Shown piece after piece: positions 1 to 10,097 of a stretch of 64,000 bases of DNA (position 1 is its first letter; the number at the start of each line of letters is the position of its first letter). The DNA comes from Candidatus Omnitrophota bacterium. GTDB taxonomy: Bacteria > Ratteibacteria > UBA8468 > MWAK01. A program made the position numbers and the translations under genes. The stretch spans positions 32,001 through 96,000 of the forward strand of contig JBDRQI010000005.1 of the NCBI GenBank assembly GCA_043826355.1, in the 5' to 3' direction. The notes under the pieces were generated by a model. The model ran no database searches. It was given only the letters and a program-made list of their open reading frames with translations, and was not told the DNA's origin.

Positions 1-486
1 GGCTTTCCTTTGATATTTGACATTTCAGACCGGGTCGGCAATAACTACGGTTTGGTTGACGACCCGGGCCTGCCCCAGTTGGAAAGATGCCTCCAGAAAT
101 TCCCCAAACTAACCATTCTGGGACACGGACCCGGCTTCTGGGCCGAAATAGGAAAACTGGAAACTCCGGCCGACCGCAACAACTACCCGAAATACCCGGT
201 TAAAGAGGAGGGCGTAGTCCCCAAACTTCTCCGGAGATACGAAAATCTCTGCGGAGACCTTTCCGCGGGCAGCGGTTATAACGCGCTGGAGCGCGACCCT
301 AAATATGCGGTCGGATTTCTCAATGAATTTCAGGACAAACTCTACTTCGGCACCGACATCTGCGCTCCGGATACGACCGCACCTCTGGTGGATTTTCTGC
401 TTAAATTCCGGGCTGAAAAGAAAATTAGCGAAACGGCCTTTCGAAAAATTTCCAGGGAAAATGCGGCGAAATTACTCAATATCTGA
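1..486 (+). CDS. Amidohydrolase_2-family metal-dependent hydrolase, 5' truncated by the window edge
   Basis: Frame is open from base 1; motifs ILGHG, DLSA, LYFGTD and ENAAKLL are typical of the C-terminal half of amidohydrolase_2. Confidence 0.85.
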   Translation, partial: GFPLIFDISDRVGNNYGLVDDPGLPQLERCLQKFPKLTILGHGPGFWAEIGKLETPADRNNYPKYPVKEEGVVPKLLRRYENLCGDLSAGSGYNALERDPKYAVGFLNEFQDKLYFGTDICAPDTTAPLVDFLLKFRAEKKISETAFRKISRENAAKLLNI

Positions 487-588
487 AAAAGAAAATTACC
501 TCGAACCCGGCGCTTTTTGGAGAAAGAAAGGCGATTCAATCCGAGCCGAATTATTTGTCCGGGTACATACAAAATCGAGAGAGGAAAA

Positions 589-1848
589 ATGTTAAAAAAA
601 TCTGCTCTGGCTAATCTGGCGATTAACGGTGGCCCAAAAGTTCGTACCAAGCCTTTTCCGGAAAGAAAACTTTTAGGTCCGGAAGAAAAGGCGGCCGTGA
701 ATGCTCTTTTTGATGCGGCGATTGCTTCCGGCAAGGCCTTCGGTTATAACGGTCCTGTCGAAGAGGCATACTGCCGTGAATTCACGGAATTTATGGGCGG
801 CGGTTACGCCGATGCGGTTAATTCCGGCACCACAGGCGTTTACGTGGCGTTGCGTGTGCTAAACCCGGAACCGTTCACGGAAATAATCGTCAGCCCCATC
901 ACCGACCCCGGTGGTATAATGCCGATTGTAATGCTGAACTGCATCCCGATGGTGGCGGATACCGAACCAGGCAGTTATAATACCGGCCCGAAACAGGTGG
1001 AAGAACTCATCTCCCCTCTGACTAGCGCTATTCTGGTTGCCCATATCGGCGGGGAACCGGCAGATATTAAAGGTATTATTGCGGTCGCCAAAAAAACAAC
1101 CATACCCGTAATAGAAGACTGTTCTCAGGCGCCCGGAGCGAAAATCAATGGGAAGTTAGTCGGCACCTTTGGAAATTTGGCGGTATTTTCGACCATGTTC
1201 GGCAAACATTACTGTACCGGAGGCCAGGGCGGTGTAGTTTATACGAAGAATGAAAAGCTGTACTGGAAGGCGCGCCGTGTTTCCGATCGCGGTAAACCGT
1301 TCGGGTTACCGGAAGGTTCTACCAATTGCGTGGCGTCACTTAACTTTAACCTTAACGACCTTTCCGCTGCAATCGGCAGAGTCCAACTTAAAAAATTACC
1401 GGGGATTGTGAAAAAACGCCGGGTTCTTGTTGCCAAAATCAACGCAGGGTTTAAAAAATTGAAAGCGGTTTCTCTTCCACCCAAAATTCCCGGAGCCAAA
1501 CCAAGCTACTGGTTCCTGAGAATCCAGTTGAATACCGGCCGGTTAACCTGCGATGCTGATACCTTCTGTGATGCTTTAAATGCCGAAGGTATACCGGGTG
1601 CTGGCAGGTATCGTCATTTACCACACACATATGCCTGGTACCGCAACCGTCGTGTTTTTGGCAGCAGCGGTTATCCCTGGACATCACCGCTTTATAAAGG
1701 TAACCCAAACCGACAGTTTCCTTGTCCGAATGCGTTTGCTGCTACCGAGGCGCAATTTAATATTCCTGTCTATGAAAGCTGGGGCGACAAAGAGGCAGCC
1801 GACATAGTGACAGCTTTCCATAAGGTTGAAACTGCGTTTTTAAGATAA
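589..1848 (+). CDS. DegT/DnrJ/EryC1/StrS PLP-dependent aminotransferase
   Basis: LAINGGPKVR N-terminus, NSGT, EDCSQA, FSTMFGKH (PLP lysine), GGQGG; GAGG SD before ATG 589. Confidence 0.9.
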   Translation: MLKKSALANLAINGGPKVRTKPFPERKLLGPEEKAAVNALFDAAIASGKAFGYNGPVEEAYCREFTEFMGGGYADAVNSGTTGVYVALRVLNPEPFTEIIVSPITDPGGIMPIVMLNCIPMVADTEPGSYNTGPKQVEELISPLTSAILVAHIGGEPADIKGIIAVAKKTTIPVIEDCSQAPGAKINGKLVGTFGNLAVFSTMFGKHYCTGGQGGVVYTKNEKLYWKARRVSDRGKPFGLPEGSTNCVASLNFNLNDLSAAIGRVQLKKLPGIVKKRRVLVAKINAGFKKLKAVSLPPKIPGAKPSYWFLRIQLNTGRLTCDADTFCDALNAEGIPGAGRYRHLPHTYAWYRNRRVFGSSGYPWTSPLYKGNPNRQFPCPNAFAATEAQFNIPVYESWGDKEAADIVTAFHKVETAFLR

Positions 1849-1883
1849 TCTCAGTATCCGGGTATAATTTTCTCTTCTGGTCA

Positions 1884-2741
1884 TTATTTTTCGACGGCAG
1901 GTTTCTTACCGGCCAGATTACCCGGATAACGGTAATAGTCCATTATCTGTTTACCGTAAGAACTCCAGGGGAACTGAGAAAGTGCCTTTTGGAAAACTTC
2001 GGTGACGGTGGCACCGGTAACCGGTTTCTTCAGAACCGGTTTGAGCGGCGGGATGTGACCATCATTATCCAGAAGATTCAAGGTAAATGGGCCCTCAGGT
2101 TTGTAAGGCAGAACATTTTTTCTATTTTCCAGCCCTTTCGCGACTCCGGTAAAAATCAGTTCCTGGGCCTTCCGGGGCAGTACCGAACGGCAAAAAAATG
2201 GGCCGTAGGCGTGCTTTACCACTGCCGTTTCAATCGCCGGATTCTTCTCCCTGACCTCTTCCGTTATCACCTGGTCTCCGCTTACAAAAACGGCAGGAAT
2301 GTTAAGGTCGCCGGCCAGGGCCATCGCCATAGAAGCCTCGCTCAAATATGCTTCTCCATCGTTTAACACCCACCTGGAATGGGGGCAGACGGCGCCCAAC
2401 TCCCCGCCCATTGCGTGCATTCCGATCAGAACCAGGGCATCAAAACCATCGTTTAGCGAAGTAAGCCATTCCGGAGAATGCCCGCCGCGGCCATGGAGGA
2501 TTTCGCACCCTTCTTCCAACTCCTCAAAAATTATGTTATAGGCGCTGCCGTGGTTGTCGTTGATGTAAATAGTCTCTGCGCCGCATGCTCTGGCTGCCCT
2601 GACCGCGGCATTAACCTCGCCGGTCAGCAACCGGTACATCCTTTGCCGGTGTTCGTAATTATCGATGGTCTGAGTAATCCGGTCCTCAAAAGAAGCCCAC
2701 CCGGCGACACCTTCAATATCGGTCTGAATATAAACCTTCAT
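1884..2741 (-). CDS. M55-family D-aminopeptidase (DppA-like)
   Basis: MKVYIQTDIEG, DNHG, IGMHA, VSGD motifs. Confidence 0.9.
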   Translation of the reverse strand: MKVYIQTDIEGVAGWASFEDRITQTIDNYEHRQRMYRLLTGEVNAAVRAARACGAETIYINDNHGSAYNIIFEELEEGCEILHGRGGHSPEWLTSLNDGFDALVLIGMHAMGGELGAVCPHSRWVLNDGEAYLSEASMAMALAGDLNIPAVFVSGDQVITEEVREKNPAIETAVVKHAYGPFFCRSVLPRKAQELIFTGVAKGLENRKNVLPYKPEGPFTLNLLDNDGHIPPLKPVLKKPVTGATVTEVFQKALSQFPWSSYGKQIMDYYRYPGNLAGKKPAVEK

Positions 2742-2854
2742 GCTCCTCCTTCTAATTTTTTAGACGTTCCTTTTTACATATGTTATCATAATCGTAACAC
2801 AATTTCGAGAAACATCACCCACGCTTTGAACTAAACCGCCGTTTAAATAATAGC

Positions 2855-3730
2855 ATGCCGGTTAACGGAATTATTGCGGGAATAATCGCGGCAGTCAGTT
2901 GGGGAACCGTCTTCATTTTCGGCCAGATTGGAGTGCGGGAAGGAGCCTGTCACCCAATCATGATTTCTTTGATTCGCTTCCTTTCCGCCTCTTTTTTTCT
3001 GCTCGCTTATTCTCTTCTGTCCGGTCTAAAAATACGAATCCAAAAAAGAGACGCCACAACCTTCCTGCTCCTGGGACTTTTGGGAATTTTCGGGATGAAC
3101 GTCCTGATCTTTTATTCCTTAAAATACACCGCATCCACTTCCACCAGCATCCTGATGAACTCAAATCCAATTATTATCGCATTAATGGCCGGGTTTATGC
3201 TCAAGGAAAAACCTTCCCGACGAGAAATCCTGGGTGTATTGATTGGTTTCCTGGGTTGCTATTTGACGATAAGCCAGGGTCGTTTTTCCGGTATTGTATA
3301 CGGCGGAGACTTGTTGGCCCTGGCCGCATCTTTCTGCTGGGCTTTTTACACAATTACGGCGAAAAAAACCGGCGTTATCGCCAGATACGGTGCGGTTCTG
3401 GCTACTTTCTGGTCCGCTGTCTTCGGAAGCATTATGCTGTTTTTAGCCCTGTTTTTATTAAAAATACCTTTCGCCGCAACCAAAACCGGCTGGTTGGTTG
3501 GAATCTACCTGGGGTTGATTCCGGCCGGACTGGGTTTTACGCTCTGGTTTTTCGCCGTGCAGAGGTTAAAAATGGTTGCCGCCGGCATACTCCAGTTCCT
3601 GGCACCCCTGACCACCGGAATCATCGCCTTCTGGTGGCTTAAAGAAGGGATTTCGGGTTATACTATCAGCGGAGGAGTTTTGATCTTGGTCGGAGCAATA
3701 TTGCCGTTTGTGAAAACCTGTAAAGAATAA
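2855..3730 (+). CDS. DMT/EamA-family transporter
   Basis: About 10 TM helices, two EamA repeats (SWG, LKEK, GDLLALAASFCWAFY). Confidence 0.9.
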   Translation: MPVNGIIAGIIAAVSWGTVFIFGQIGVREGACHPIMISLIRFLSASFFLLAYSLLSGLKIRIQKRDATTFLLLGLLGIFGMNVLIFYSLKYTASTSTSILMNSNPIIIALMAGFMLKEKPSRREILGVLIGFLGCYLTISQGRFSGIVYGGDLLALAASFCWAFYTITAKKTGVIARYGAVLATFWSAVFGSIMLFLALFLLKIPFAATKTGWLVGIYLGLIPAGLGFTLWFFAVQRLKMVAAGILQFLAPLTTGIIAFWWLKEGISGYTISGGVLILVGAILPFVKTCKE

Positions 3731-3745
3731 ATTGCGCAAAACGAT

Positions 3746-3836
3746 AGATTCTTCGCTGCGCTCAGAATGATACGGTAACGGGATTGCCGCGCTTCTTCAA
3801 AGAGTGATTTCGCTCTGTGAAGGGCTCGCGCTGACA
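3746..3836. repeat. Two palindromic intergenic repeats (AGATTCTTCG...AGAATGA and GGATTGCCGCG...CTCGCGCTGAC types)
   Basis: Second element shares its ends with copies at 4545-4610 and 45592-45655. Confidence 0.7.
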
Positions 3837-3841
3837 CCGAA

Positions 3842-4516
3842 ATGGAAAATCCGACGTTGGGCCTGGCCTTCCTGGCCGGAATGGGTTATTTCTTTTCACC
3901 CTGCACCCTTCCGCTGGTGCCGTCCTATCTTGTTTATCTGAGCGGAATTTCCATTCCGCAGATGGCCGGACGGAAGAGGTTGGTGGTTCTTCTTAACGCC
4001 GCCTTTTTCCTCGCCGGTCTTCTCTTTTTATTTGTGGCGGTCGGCGCCTCAGCCACCCTGCTCGGCAATTTTCTGGCAAGGTACCTGAAAATCCTGCGGG
4101 GAATCGGTGGAGCCGTTATCATCTTCTTGGGAATTTTGCTCATCTGGAAACCGGTGTTCCTTTACCGGGTTCCCCGGGGAAGAAACCCGGGCGTCAAACC
4201 GGTGGGACTCCTGGGTTCTTTCCTCGTCGGTCTCTCTCTCTCCGCCGGCTGGACCGGCTGCAGCACGCCGATTTTAGGCGCCATGCTGGTAACTGCGGCG
4301 GTCAGCGAAACGGTCCGGCTTGGAATTTATCTGCTCTGCGCATTCAGCCTGGGCCTGGCAGTCCCTTTTCTCCTTTCCGCGCTTTTGATTGATTTCCTCC
4401 TGACCCCGTTACGGCGAATTCAACGCCATATGCGCAAAATTGAGATTGGCCTGGGACTCTTTTTTATCGCCTTCGGCTTACACTTCATCCTTACCTCCTT
4501 CCCATTTCGCTTTTAG
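3842..4516 (+). CDS. ccdA: CcdA/DsbD-like disulfide-transfer membrane protein
   Basis: FFSPCTLPLVPSY and GWTGC cysteine motifs, about 6 TM helices. Confidence 0.85.
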   Translation: MENPTLGLAFLAGMGYFFSPCTLPLVPSYLVYLSGISIPQMAGRKRLVVLLNAAFFLAGLLFLFVAVGASATLLGNFLARYLKILRGIGGAVIIFLGILLIWKPVFLYRVPRGRNPGVKPVGLLGSFLVGLSLSAGWTGCSTPILGAMLVTAAVSETVRLGIYLLCAFSLGLAVPFLLSALLIDFLLTPLRRIQRHMRKIEIGLGLFFIAFGLHFILTSFPFRF

Positions 4517-4519
4517 TTG

Positions 4520-4528
4520 TGGTATAAT
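4520..4528 (+). promoter_or_regulatory. Extended -10 promoter (TGgTATAAT) for rpmH-yidD-yidC
   Basis: Exact TGnTATAAT about 100 nt upstream of rpmH. Confidence 0.6.
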
Positions 4529-4544
4529 AATTATTTAAAAAAAT

Positions 4545-4610
4545 GAGATTGCCACGTCCCAATTACAGGACAGGCGAGATGACTGTCCTACCGGGTGGGC
4601 GCGCAATGAC
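4545..4610. repeat. GAGATTGCC...GCAATGAC palindromic repeat with a nested ACAGGCG-type hairpin
   Basis: Same ends and inner hairpin as 45592-45655. Confidence 0.7.
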
Positions 4611-4628
4611 ATCTTCTTCGGAGGAAGA

Positions 4629-4763
4629 ATGAGTATTACTTATCAACCCCATAATCGAAAAAGAAAAAGAACTCACGGGTTTCTGAAAAGAATGCGACGG
4701 CCCGGAGGCCAGACCGTCATCAGGCGGCGCCGGGCAAAGGGCAGAAAGAAACTGTCGGTCTAA
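4629..4763 (+). CDS. rpmH: 50S ribosomal protein L34 (absent from the ORF track)
   Basis: Translates to [44 protein letters not shown] (44 aa); GGAGG SD. Confidence 0.97.
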   Translation: MSITYQPHNRKRKRTHGFLKRMRRPGGQTVIRRRRAKGRKKLSV

Positions 4764-5041
4764 TGGAGCGCCTGCTACTTGTTGTTTTGCGTATTTATCG
4801 TCGGTTAATTTCGCCCCTGCTTCCTGCTTCCTGCCGTTTTTACCCATCCTGCTCTGAATATGCGGCCGAGGCGATTGTCCGTTACGGCGCCGGAAAAGGA
4901 CTTTTTATGGCGTTGCGGCGCCTGTCACGCTGCCACCCATTTTGCGCCGGGGGCTTTGACCCGTTACCCCCCCCTACCCAATACACCCCCTTTCCAGAGC
5001 TTTGGAAAGGGCACCCGTCCCCTCCAGGGGGGAGGAGTTAA
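4763..5041 (+). CDS. yidD: Membrane protein insertion efficiency factor YidD
   Basis: [19 protein letters not shown] and RCHPF motifs; TAATG overlap with rpmH. Confidence 0.95.
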   Translation: MERLLLVVLRIYRRLISPLLPASCRFYPSCSEYAAEAIVRYGAGKGLFMALRRLSRCHPFCAGGFDPLPPPTQYTPFPELWKGHPSPPGGRS

Positions 5042-5046
5042 AATTT

Positions 5047-6636
5047 ATGGAAAAAAGAGTCCTGTTCGCTTTTATCCTTTCGCTGGGAGTTCTGCTCACG
5101 TTTCAGTATTTTCAGGTAAAGAACCAACCGGCCAAACCGCCGGCAACCGCGGTTCAGTCAACTCCCGCGAACGAAACACAGGTAAACCGACCCGGAACGC
5201 CTCAAACATCCGGTCTGTCTGAAAAACTCCCGGCTGAAAAAAAACCGGCTCCGGAAGGCAAAAAAATAACTATTGAAACCGACCTTTACCGGGCAGTCAT
5301 TGATACTCGGGGCGGACGGCTTACCTCCCTGGCGCTCAAACACTATACCCGTAAAAATGAAACCTTGCTGGAAACGATTCCTCAGGGCGCTTATTATCCT
5401 TTTGAAATTCCGGAAGAATCTGACCTTCTTTTCAATACGGACCAGGAAGGTTTCTCTCTTTCTGCGGAAAGGAAAAACGGAACTTTAACCATTCAAGCGG
5501 TAAAATCGGGGCGGCTGATTACCAAAAAATTCATCTTTGACAATCAGAAGTACGGGATGGAACTTGAATTGTCAATGACCGGCAAGGAAACTGACAAAGA
5601 CATCACGCTGGTCGGTTTCAGCCAGGGAACGCCGGTCGCTCTCAACCGAAATCAAGGGGTAGAACAGGTTATCGTATATTCCGGAGATAAGCCTGCCCGT
5701 TTCCGGCCGGGGAGCATCAAAAATGAAGAGCGCAAGATAATTGACGCCGCCTACCTGGCCCGCAATGACGGCCAGTATATCCTGACATTCCTGAAGCCGG
5801 ACAAATCCTTGCCGGCTCTCCTTTCCGGAGACGCATACGGCAGTGTAACCGCAACATATACCCTGACGCCGGAAACAGCAAAAAACCAGCGTTTCTATTT
5901 CTATTCCGGACCGACCGATAACGCCATCATTGCGAAGGAAGGCGTCGGCATCGCGCAAATTCTGCCTTCCGGGCCGATGGTGCTCCTGGGCCGGTTCATC
6001 CTTAAGATTCTTACCTTTTTTCACCGGATAATTCCAAACTGGGGCGTGGCCATCATACTTCTGACAATTTTGCTCAAGATTGTCTTCTTCCCATTAACGC
6101 GGCTCAGTTTGCGCACAATGAAGACGATGCAAAAACTCCAGCCCTATCTTAAAGACCTTTCCAAGAAATACAAGGACAACCCGAAAGCGATGCAACAGGA
6201 GATGTTCGGCATCTACCGGCAATACCACATCAACCCGATGGCCGGCTGTCTGCCGATGCTGGTGCAGATTCCAATCTTCATTTCTATATTCCTGATGCTG
6301 AGGACGGCGATCGTACTGCGGGGAGCGCCTTTTTGTCTCTGGATAAGAGACCTTTCCCTGCCGGATGCGCTCTTTACCCTTCCCTTCTGGCCGGGAACGC
6401 TGAACATTCTACCTTTCCTGATGGGATTGACCACGTTCTTTCAGCAGAAACTCTCTTCGGCGGGTTCAACCGGTATGGCAGCTCAACAACAGAAGATGAT
6501 GACTTTTATGATGCCGGTAATGCTGACCGTCTTCCTCTACAACCTTCCTTCCGGACTAATGCTCTACTGGACCGTTACCAACCTCTTCTCCATCCTGGAA
6601 CAGGAAGTTTCAACCCACAATCTGGGAACAATTTGA
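5047..6636 (+). CDS. yidC: Membrane protein insertase YidC
   Basis: N-terminal TM, periplasmic domain, NWGVAII, GCLPMLVQIPIF, WIRDLSLPD, PSGLMLYW. Confidence 0.95.
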   Translation: MEKRVLFAFILSLGVLLTFQYFQVKNQPAKPPATAVQSTPANETQVNRPGTPQTSGLSEKLPAEKKPAPEGKKITIETDLYRAVIDTRGGRLTSLALKHYTRKNETLLETIPQGAYYPFEIPEESDLLFNTDQEGFSLSAERKNGTLTIQAVKSGRLITKKFIFDNQKYGMELELSMTGKETDKDITLVGFSQGTPVALNRNQGVEQVIVYSGDKPARFRPGSIKNEERKIIDAAYLARNDGQYILTFLKPDKSLPALLSGDAYGSVTATYTLTPETAKNQRFYFYSGPTDNAIIAKEGVGIAQILPSGPMVLLGRFILKILTFFHRIIPNWGVAIILLTILLKIVFFPLTRLSLRTMKTMQKLQPYLKDLSKKYKDNPKAMQQEMFGIYRQYHINPMAGCLPMLVQIPIFISIFLMLRTAIVLRGAPFCLWIRDLSLPDALFTLPFWPGTLNILPFLMGLTTFFQQKLSSAGSTGMAAQQQKMMTFMMPVMLTVFLYNLPSGLMLYWTVTNLFSILEQEVSTHNLGTI

Positions 6637-6645
6637 TGAGGCAAA

Positions 6646-6669
6646 GCGCAGGCTAAAGCCTGCGTCTAC
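6646..6669. repeat. REP-like hairpin GCGCAGGCTAAAGCCTGCGTCTAC, a possible terminator between convergent genes
   Basis: Inverted repeat with GTAG end on the minus strand. Confidence 0.6.
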
Positions 6670-7172
6670 CTAAAATATTTCAGTATTCGTAATTTAAGAC
6701 TTTTTGTTGCGGGTTTCGGATTTACTCCCAGAAAGTGACGGTGAATAAAAACACGACCTTCCCTGATGCCGCCGTCCAGATAGATAGCGCCGATAATCGC
6801 CTCCAGCACATTCGCCAGATTTGACGGCGTCCGGTGCCCTCCCTGCTTCTTTTCGCCCTTGCCCAAAAACAGGTATTTGCCCAAGCCCATCTTCTGCGAA
6901 AGAATTGTCAGATTTGTACCCTGGACTATTTCAGCCCGGCGCTGGGTCAGGATACCTTCGCTGGCTTCCGGAAAAAGTTTATAAAGACGCTCAGCCGCCA
7001 CCAGGGAAAGAACCGCGTCACCCAGGAACTCCAGGCGCTCGTTAGAAGGAACGTTATTTTCAAACGCAAAGGAAGGGTGCGTTAGCGCTTGAATCAATAA
7101 TTCCTTATCCTTAAAAAAGTACCCTAACAATTTTTCCAGTTCCGGTATTTTTTCGCGCGACCGAATAGCCAT
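6666..7172 (-). CDS. rnc: Ribonuclease III catalytic domain, no dsRBD
   Basis: ALTHPS, NERLEFLGDAVL, LEAIIGAIYLDGG; start ATG 7172 overlaps the lnt stop. Confidence 0.88.
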   Translation of the reverse strand: MAIRSREKIPELEKLLGYFFKDKELLIQALTHPSFAFENNVPSNERLEFLGDAVLSLVAAERLYKLFPEASEGILTQRRAEIVQGTNLTILSQKMGLGKYLFLGKGEKKQGGHRTPSNLANVLEAIIGAIYLDGGIREGRVFIHRHFLGVNPKPATKSLKLRILKYFR

Positions 7173-8701
7173 CAATTTCTCCGCCTGAATGAAAATAAAA
7201 CAATTGAAAATACGATGCAAATCCAGAGAACCAGCAAAGGGAAACGCTGATAAAATGTTTTTTTCGTATAGTGAACGAATGCAGACCCTGACTTATCGGG
7301 AAGCATAAGTTTGTAAGTATTTCCGGTTGTTGCTATCTTCGCCTCTCCGATTAAAATACCCGGCTGCCTGACCGGAATTTTCCTTATTATCCGGCCGTTT
7401 TCATCAAAATAGGCGGTGACGCCGGTATTGGCGGCCCGGATTAAAAATGAGCCGTTTTCAGCGGCCCGCAAAGATGCGGCCCCAAAGTGCTGGTAACTGC
7501 CCAGAAGTCCGAGCCAGGAATCGTTGGTCAGCGTAATCATTATCGTGGAACCTCTGTTTCCGATAGCCGCCACTACCTCTTCTGGAAATATGTCCTCGTA
7601 ACAGATAAAAACAGAAAGCGGTTCCCCTTTAACCTCCATCCGGCCCGGCCAAATACCTCTCTCTAAATCAGGAATATACCCTGCCTGACGTCCGACCAGA
7701 AAACGGATTAAAGCCAAGTTCCGGGCCGGCGTGAACTCACCGAAAGGTACCAGGTGCCGTTTTCGGTAAACGGAAAGGAGTCTGCCTTCCGGTGAACAGA
7801 GAAAAACGCTGTTATACCACTTCCCTGCCCTGCCTTCTAAAACGCCGGATAAAAGATAGGCATTTTTGGTCCGGACCAGGCTCTTCACGGAAGCAGGAAT
7901 ATCTCCTTCTTCGGAAACAAAAGTTGTCTCCGGCCAAATAATTAAATCAACCTTTTCCGATAACTTTCCGGTAAGATTGAGGTACGGTTCCAGGGTTGGC
8001 CCCTGCTGGCGCAGCGAAGAAGGCACGTTTCCTTGAACCGCCGCGAATTTCAATCCAGCCGTAGTAACGATGTCCGCCCTGTTTACCGAAAAAACTGACC
8101 CGGTAATTCCCAGGATCAGCAGAACGGCGCAAAGCGCTAAAGCGTAGAGTGCGCTCCGCTTCTCCTGCCGGAACAACAAGGTAAAGATGGTGGCATTGAC
8201 CAGGATTATCAGGAATGAAATAAGGTAAGCGCCGCCGTAAGAAGCGAGCGCCAGGAGCGGTGCTTGCTGGTGCTGAGTCACCGCCAGACTGAACCAGGGA
8301 AAAGAGAAGAAAAAGTTACCTACGAGGAACTCGAATATAACACCGAGGGAGGCAACCCACAATTCGTAGAATTTAACCGAAGAACGGCTGACCAGAAAGA
8401 AGAAGATTGCCGGGTAAAAAGAAAGGTAGAGCACACCGCAAAACCACCCGATTCCGGAAAGCCGGGTAACCCAGAACAGGCTGAATCCGAAAAAAGTCAG
8501 CCCCCAGATGTATCCGGACCAGAAAGGATATTCACGACGAGCCAGAAAAAAGACGGGTACCAGACCAAACCAGGCCAGGTATGACTGATTAAAGGGTGGG
8601 TAGGCAAAAAGGAAGAGGGTTCCGGCCAAAAAAGCCCAGAATGCAACAATAAGCCTTCTCAAAAAACACCTCTGCCAAAAATTTATTTTATTATTTAGCA
8701 A
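7172..8701 (-). CDS. lnt: Apolipoprotein N-acyltransferase
   Basis: [27 protein letters not shown] motifs. Confidence 0.95.
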   Translation of the reverse strand: MLNNKINFWQRCFLRRLIVAFWAFLAGTLFLFAYPPFNQSYLAWFGLVPVFFLARREYPFWSGYIWGLTFFGFSLFWVTRLSGIGWFCGVLYLSFYPAIFFFLVSRSSVKFYELWVASLGVIFEFLVGNFFFSFPWFSLAVTQHQQAPLLALASYGGAYLISFLIILVNATIFTLLFRQEKRSALYALALCAVLLILGITGSVFSVNRADIVTTAGLKFAAVQGNVPSSLRQQGPTLEPYLNLTGKLSEKVDLIIWPETTFVSEEGDIPASVKSLVRTKNAYLLSGVLEGRAGKWYNSVFLCSPEGRLLSVYRKRHLVPFGEFTPARNLALIRFLVGRQAGYIPDLERGIWPGRMEVKGEPLSVFICYEDIFPEEVVAAIGNRGSTIMITLTNDSWLGLLGSYQHFGAASLRAAENGSFLIRAANTGVTAYFDENGRIIRKIPVRQPGILIGEAKIATTGNTYKLMLPDKSGSAFVHYTKKTFYQRFPLLVLWICIVFSIVLFSFRRRN

Positions 8702-9050
8702 ACCTCTTTATTTTATTATTATCATCGGTGATGATAATCAGAGGTTTGGCGCTTCTTTTTTCATCTTCGGAAAAGAACGCGGTGGAAAGAACGATTATCC
8801 GGTCGCCGACCTGAAACCAGCGGGCCGCAGCGCCGTTCAGACAGACCTCGCCCTGATTGGGTTTGCCGGGGATGTAATAGGTCTCAATCCTTTCACCGTT
8901 GGCCAGGTTCAGGACCTGAACCATTTCGTACGGCTCTAAATCCGCTTTTTCCGCCAGGACCGAGTCAATCGTAATGCTGCCCTGATAATTGATGTCGGTC
9001 CGGGTAACTACCAGACCCTGAATCTTGGATTTACAGAAAAGACGCAGCAT
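8691..9050 (-). CDS. panD: Aspartate 1-decarboxylase
   Basis: [12 protein letters not shown] cleavage site, ERIETY, NGAAAR. Confidence 0.93.
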   Translation of the reverse strand: MLRLFCKSKIQGLVVTRTDINYQGSITIDSVLAEKADLEPYEMVQVLNLANGERIETYYIPGKPNQGEVCLNGAAARWFQVGDRIIVLSTAFFSEDEKRSAKPLIIITDDNNKIKRFAK

Positions 9051-9280
9051 CAGGCCATCTCCACGGACTTGACTTCCGGAACCTTATCCTTAACCATCTT
9101 TTCCACCCGCATCTTCAGGGTGTAAGCGGCAAAAGGGCAGTGGCCGCAGGCGCCGACAAGACGAACTTTTACAATACCGTCTTCGGTAACATCCACCAAT
9201 TCCACATTCCCGCCGTCCGCCCTCAAAATTTCGCGCACCTCGTTAAGAGCGCCTTCCACTTTTTCTAATTGAGTAAACAT
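9050..9280 (-). CDS. NifU/NfuA C-terminal domain Fe-S carrier
   Basis: DGGNVELV, GACGHCP. Confidence 0.9.
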   Translation of the reverse strand: MFTQLEKVEGALNEVREILRADGGNVELVDVTEDGIVKVRLVGACGHCPFAAYTLKMRVEKMVKDKVPEVKSVEMA

Positions 9281-9341
9281 TAAAACCCCCTTCCCCCTCC
9301 TATTACCCTCCCCACCTGTGGGGGAGGGACGGGTGGGGGTG

Positions 9342-10097
9342 TTAATACTTTATGATTGACAGAAACGAACCGGCCGAGAGGCTGGCGCCGCCGACCAGGG
9401 CGCCGTCGATATCCGGTTGAGTCAACAGGGAAGCGGCGTTCTCGGCCTTCACGCTGCCGCCGTATTGGATGCGAAGATTCTCGGCCAATTCCTTTCCAAA
9501 TTCAGCAGTAACCCATTCCCGGATAAAACGATGCACATCCTGCGCCTGCTGGGGAGTGGCGGTCTTGCCGGTACCAATCGCCCAGACCGGCTCATAGGCA
9601 ACCACCAGCGAAGAAAAACCTTCCGGCGAAACATCTTTCAGTCCGCCGGCCAACTGAGTTTCAATCCGTTTCTCGGTAAGGTTGGCTTCCCTTTCATCCA
9701 ACTTTTCCCCGATGCAGAGAATCGGTCTTAACCCGTTTTTCAGGGCAAACAAAATCTTCTGATTAACAAAAGCATCGTCTTCTTTGAAGTATTGCCGTCG
9801 TTCCGAATGGCCGATAACCACGTAAGTCACGCCAATTTCTTTTAACATCGGCGCGGAAACTTCGCCGGTGAAAGCGCCTTCTTCTTTGGGGTAAAAGTTC
9901 TGGGCGCCCAGGCCGATGCCGGAACCCCGGATTACCTCTTCCACCGAAGCCAAACCAACAAACGGAGGGCAGAGAACTACTTCCCTTTCGGACAGAACCG
10001 TTTGGTCCAGGCCGGCCCTGATATCCTGCGCCAGGGCTCTTGCCTGCGCCGGCGTTTTGTACATCTTCCAGTTACCCGCGATAACCTGTTTTCTCAT
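9342..10097 (-). CDS. tpiA: Triosephosphate isomerase
   Basis: [29 protein letters not shown]. Confidence 0.98.
   Translation of the reverse strand: MRKQVIAGNWKMYKTPAQARALAQDIRAGLDQTVLSEREVVLCPPFVGLASVEEVIRGSGIGLGAQNFYPKEEGAFTGEVSAPMLKEIGVTYVVIGHSERRQYFKEDDAFVNQKILFALKNGLRPILCIGEKLDEREANLTEKRIETQLAGGLKDVSPEGFSSLVVAYEPVWAIGTGKTATPQQAQDVHRFIREWVTAEFGKELAENLRIQYGGSVKAENAASLLTQPDIDGALVGGASLSAGSFLSIIKY

Noticed and set aside
4517..4628. oriC upstream of rpmH
   Set aside because: No dnaA and no TTATCCACA-type boxes seen
8691..9050. PanD inactivation (KSKIQ instead of KSKIH)
   Set aside because: The Gly-Ser cleavage site and the Lys, Arg and Tyr motifs are intact; one substitution is not enough evidence
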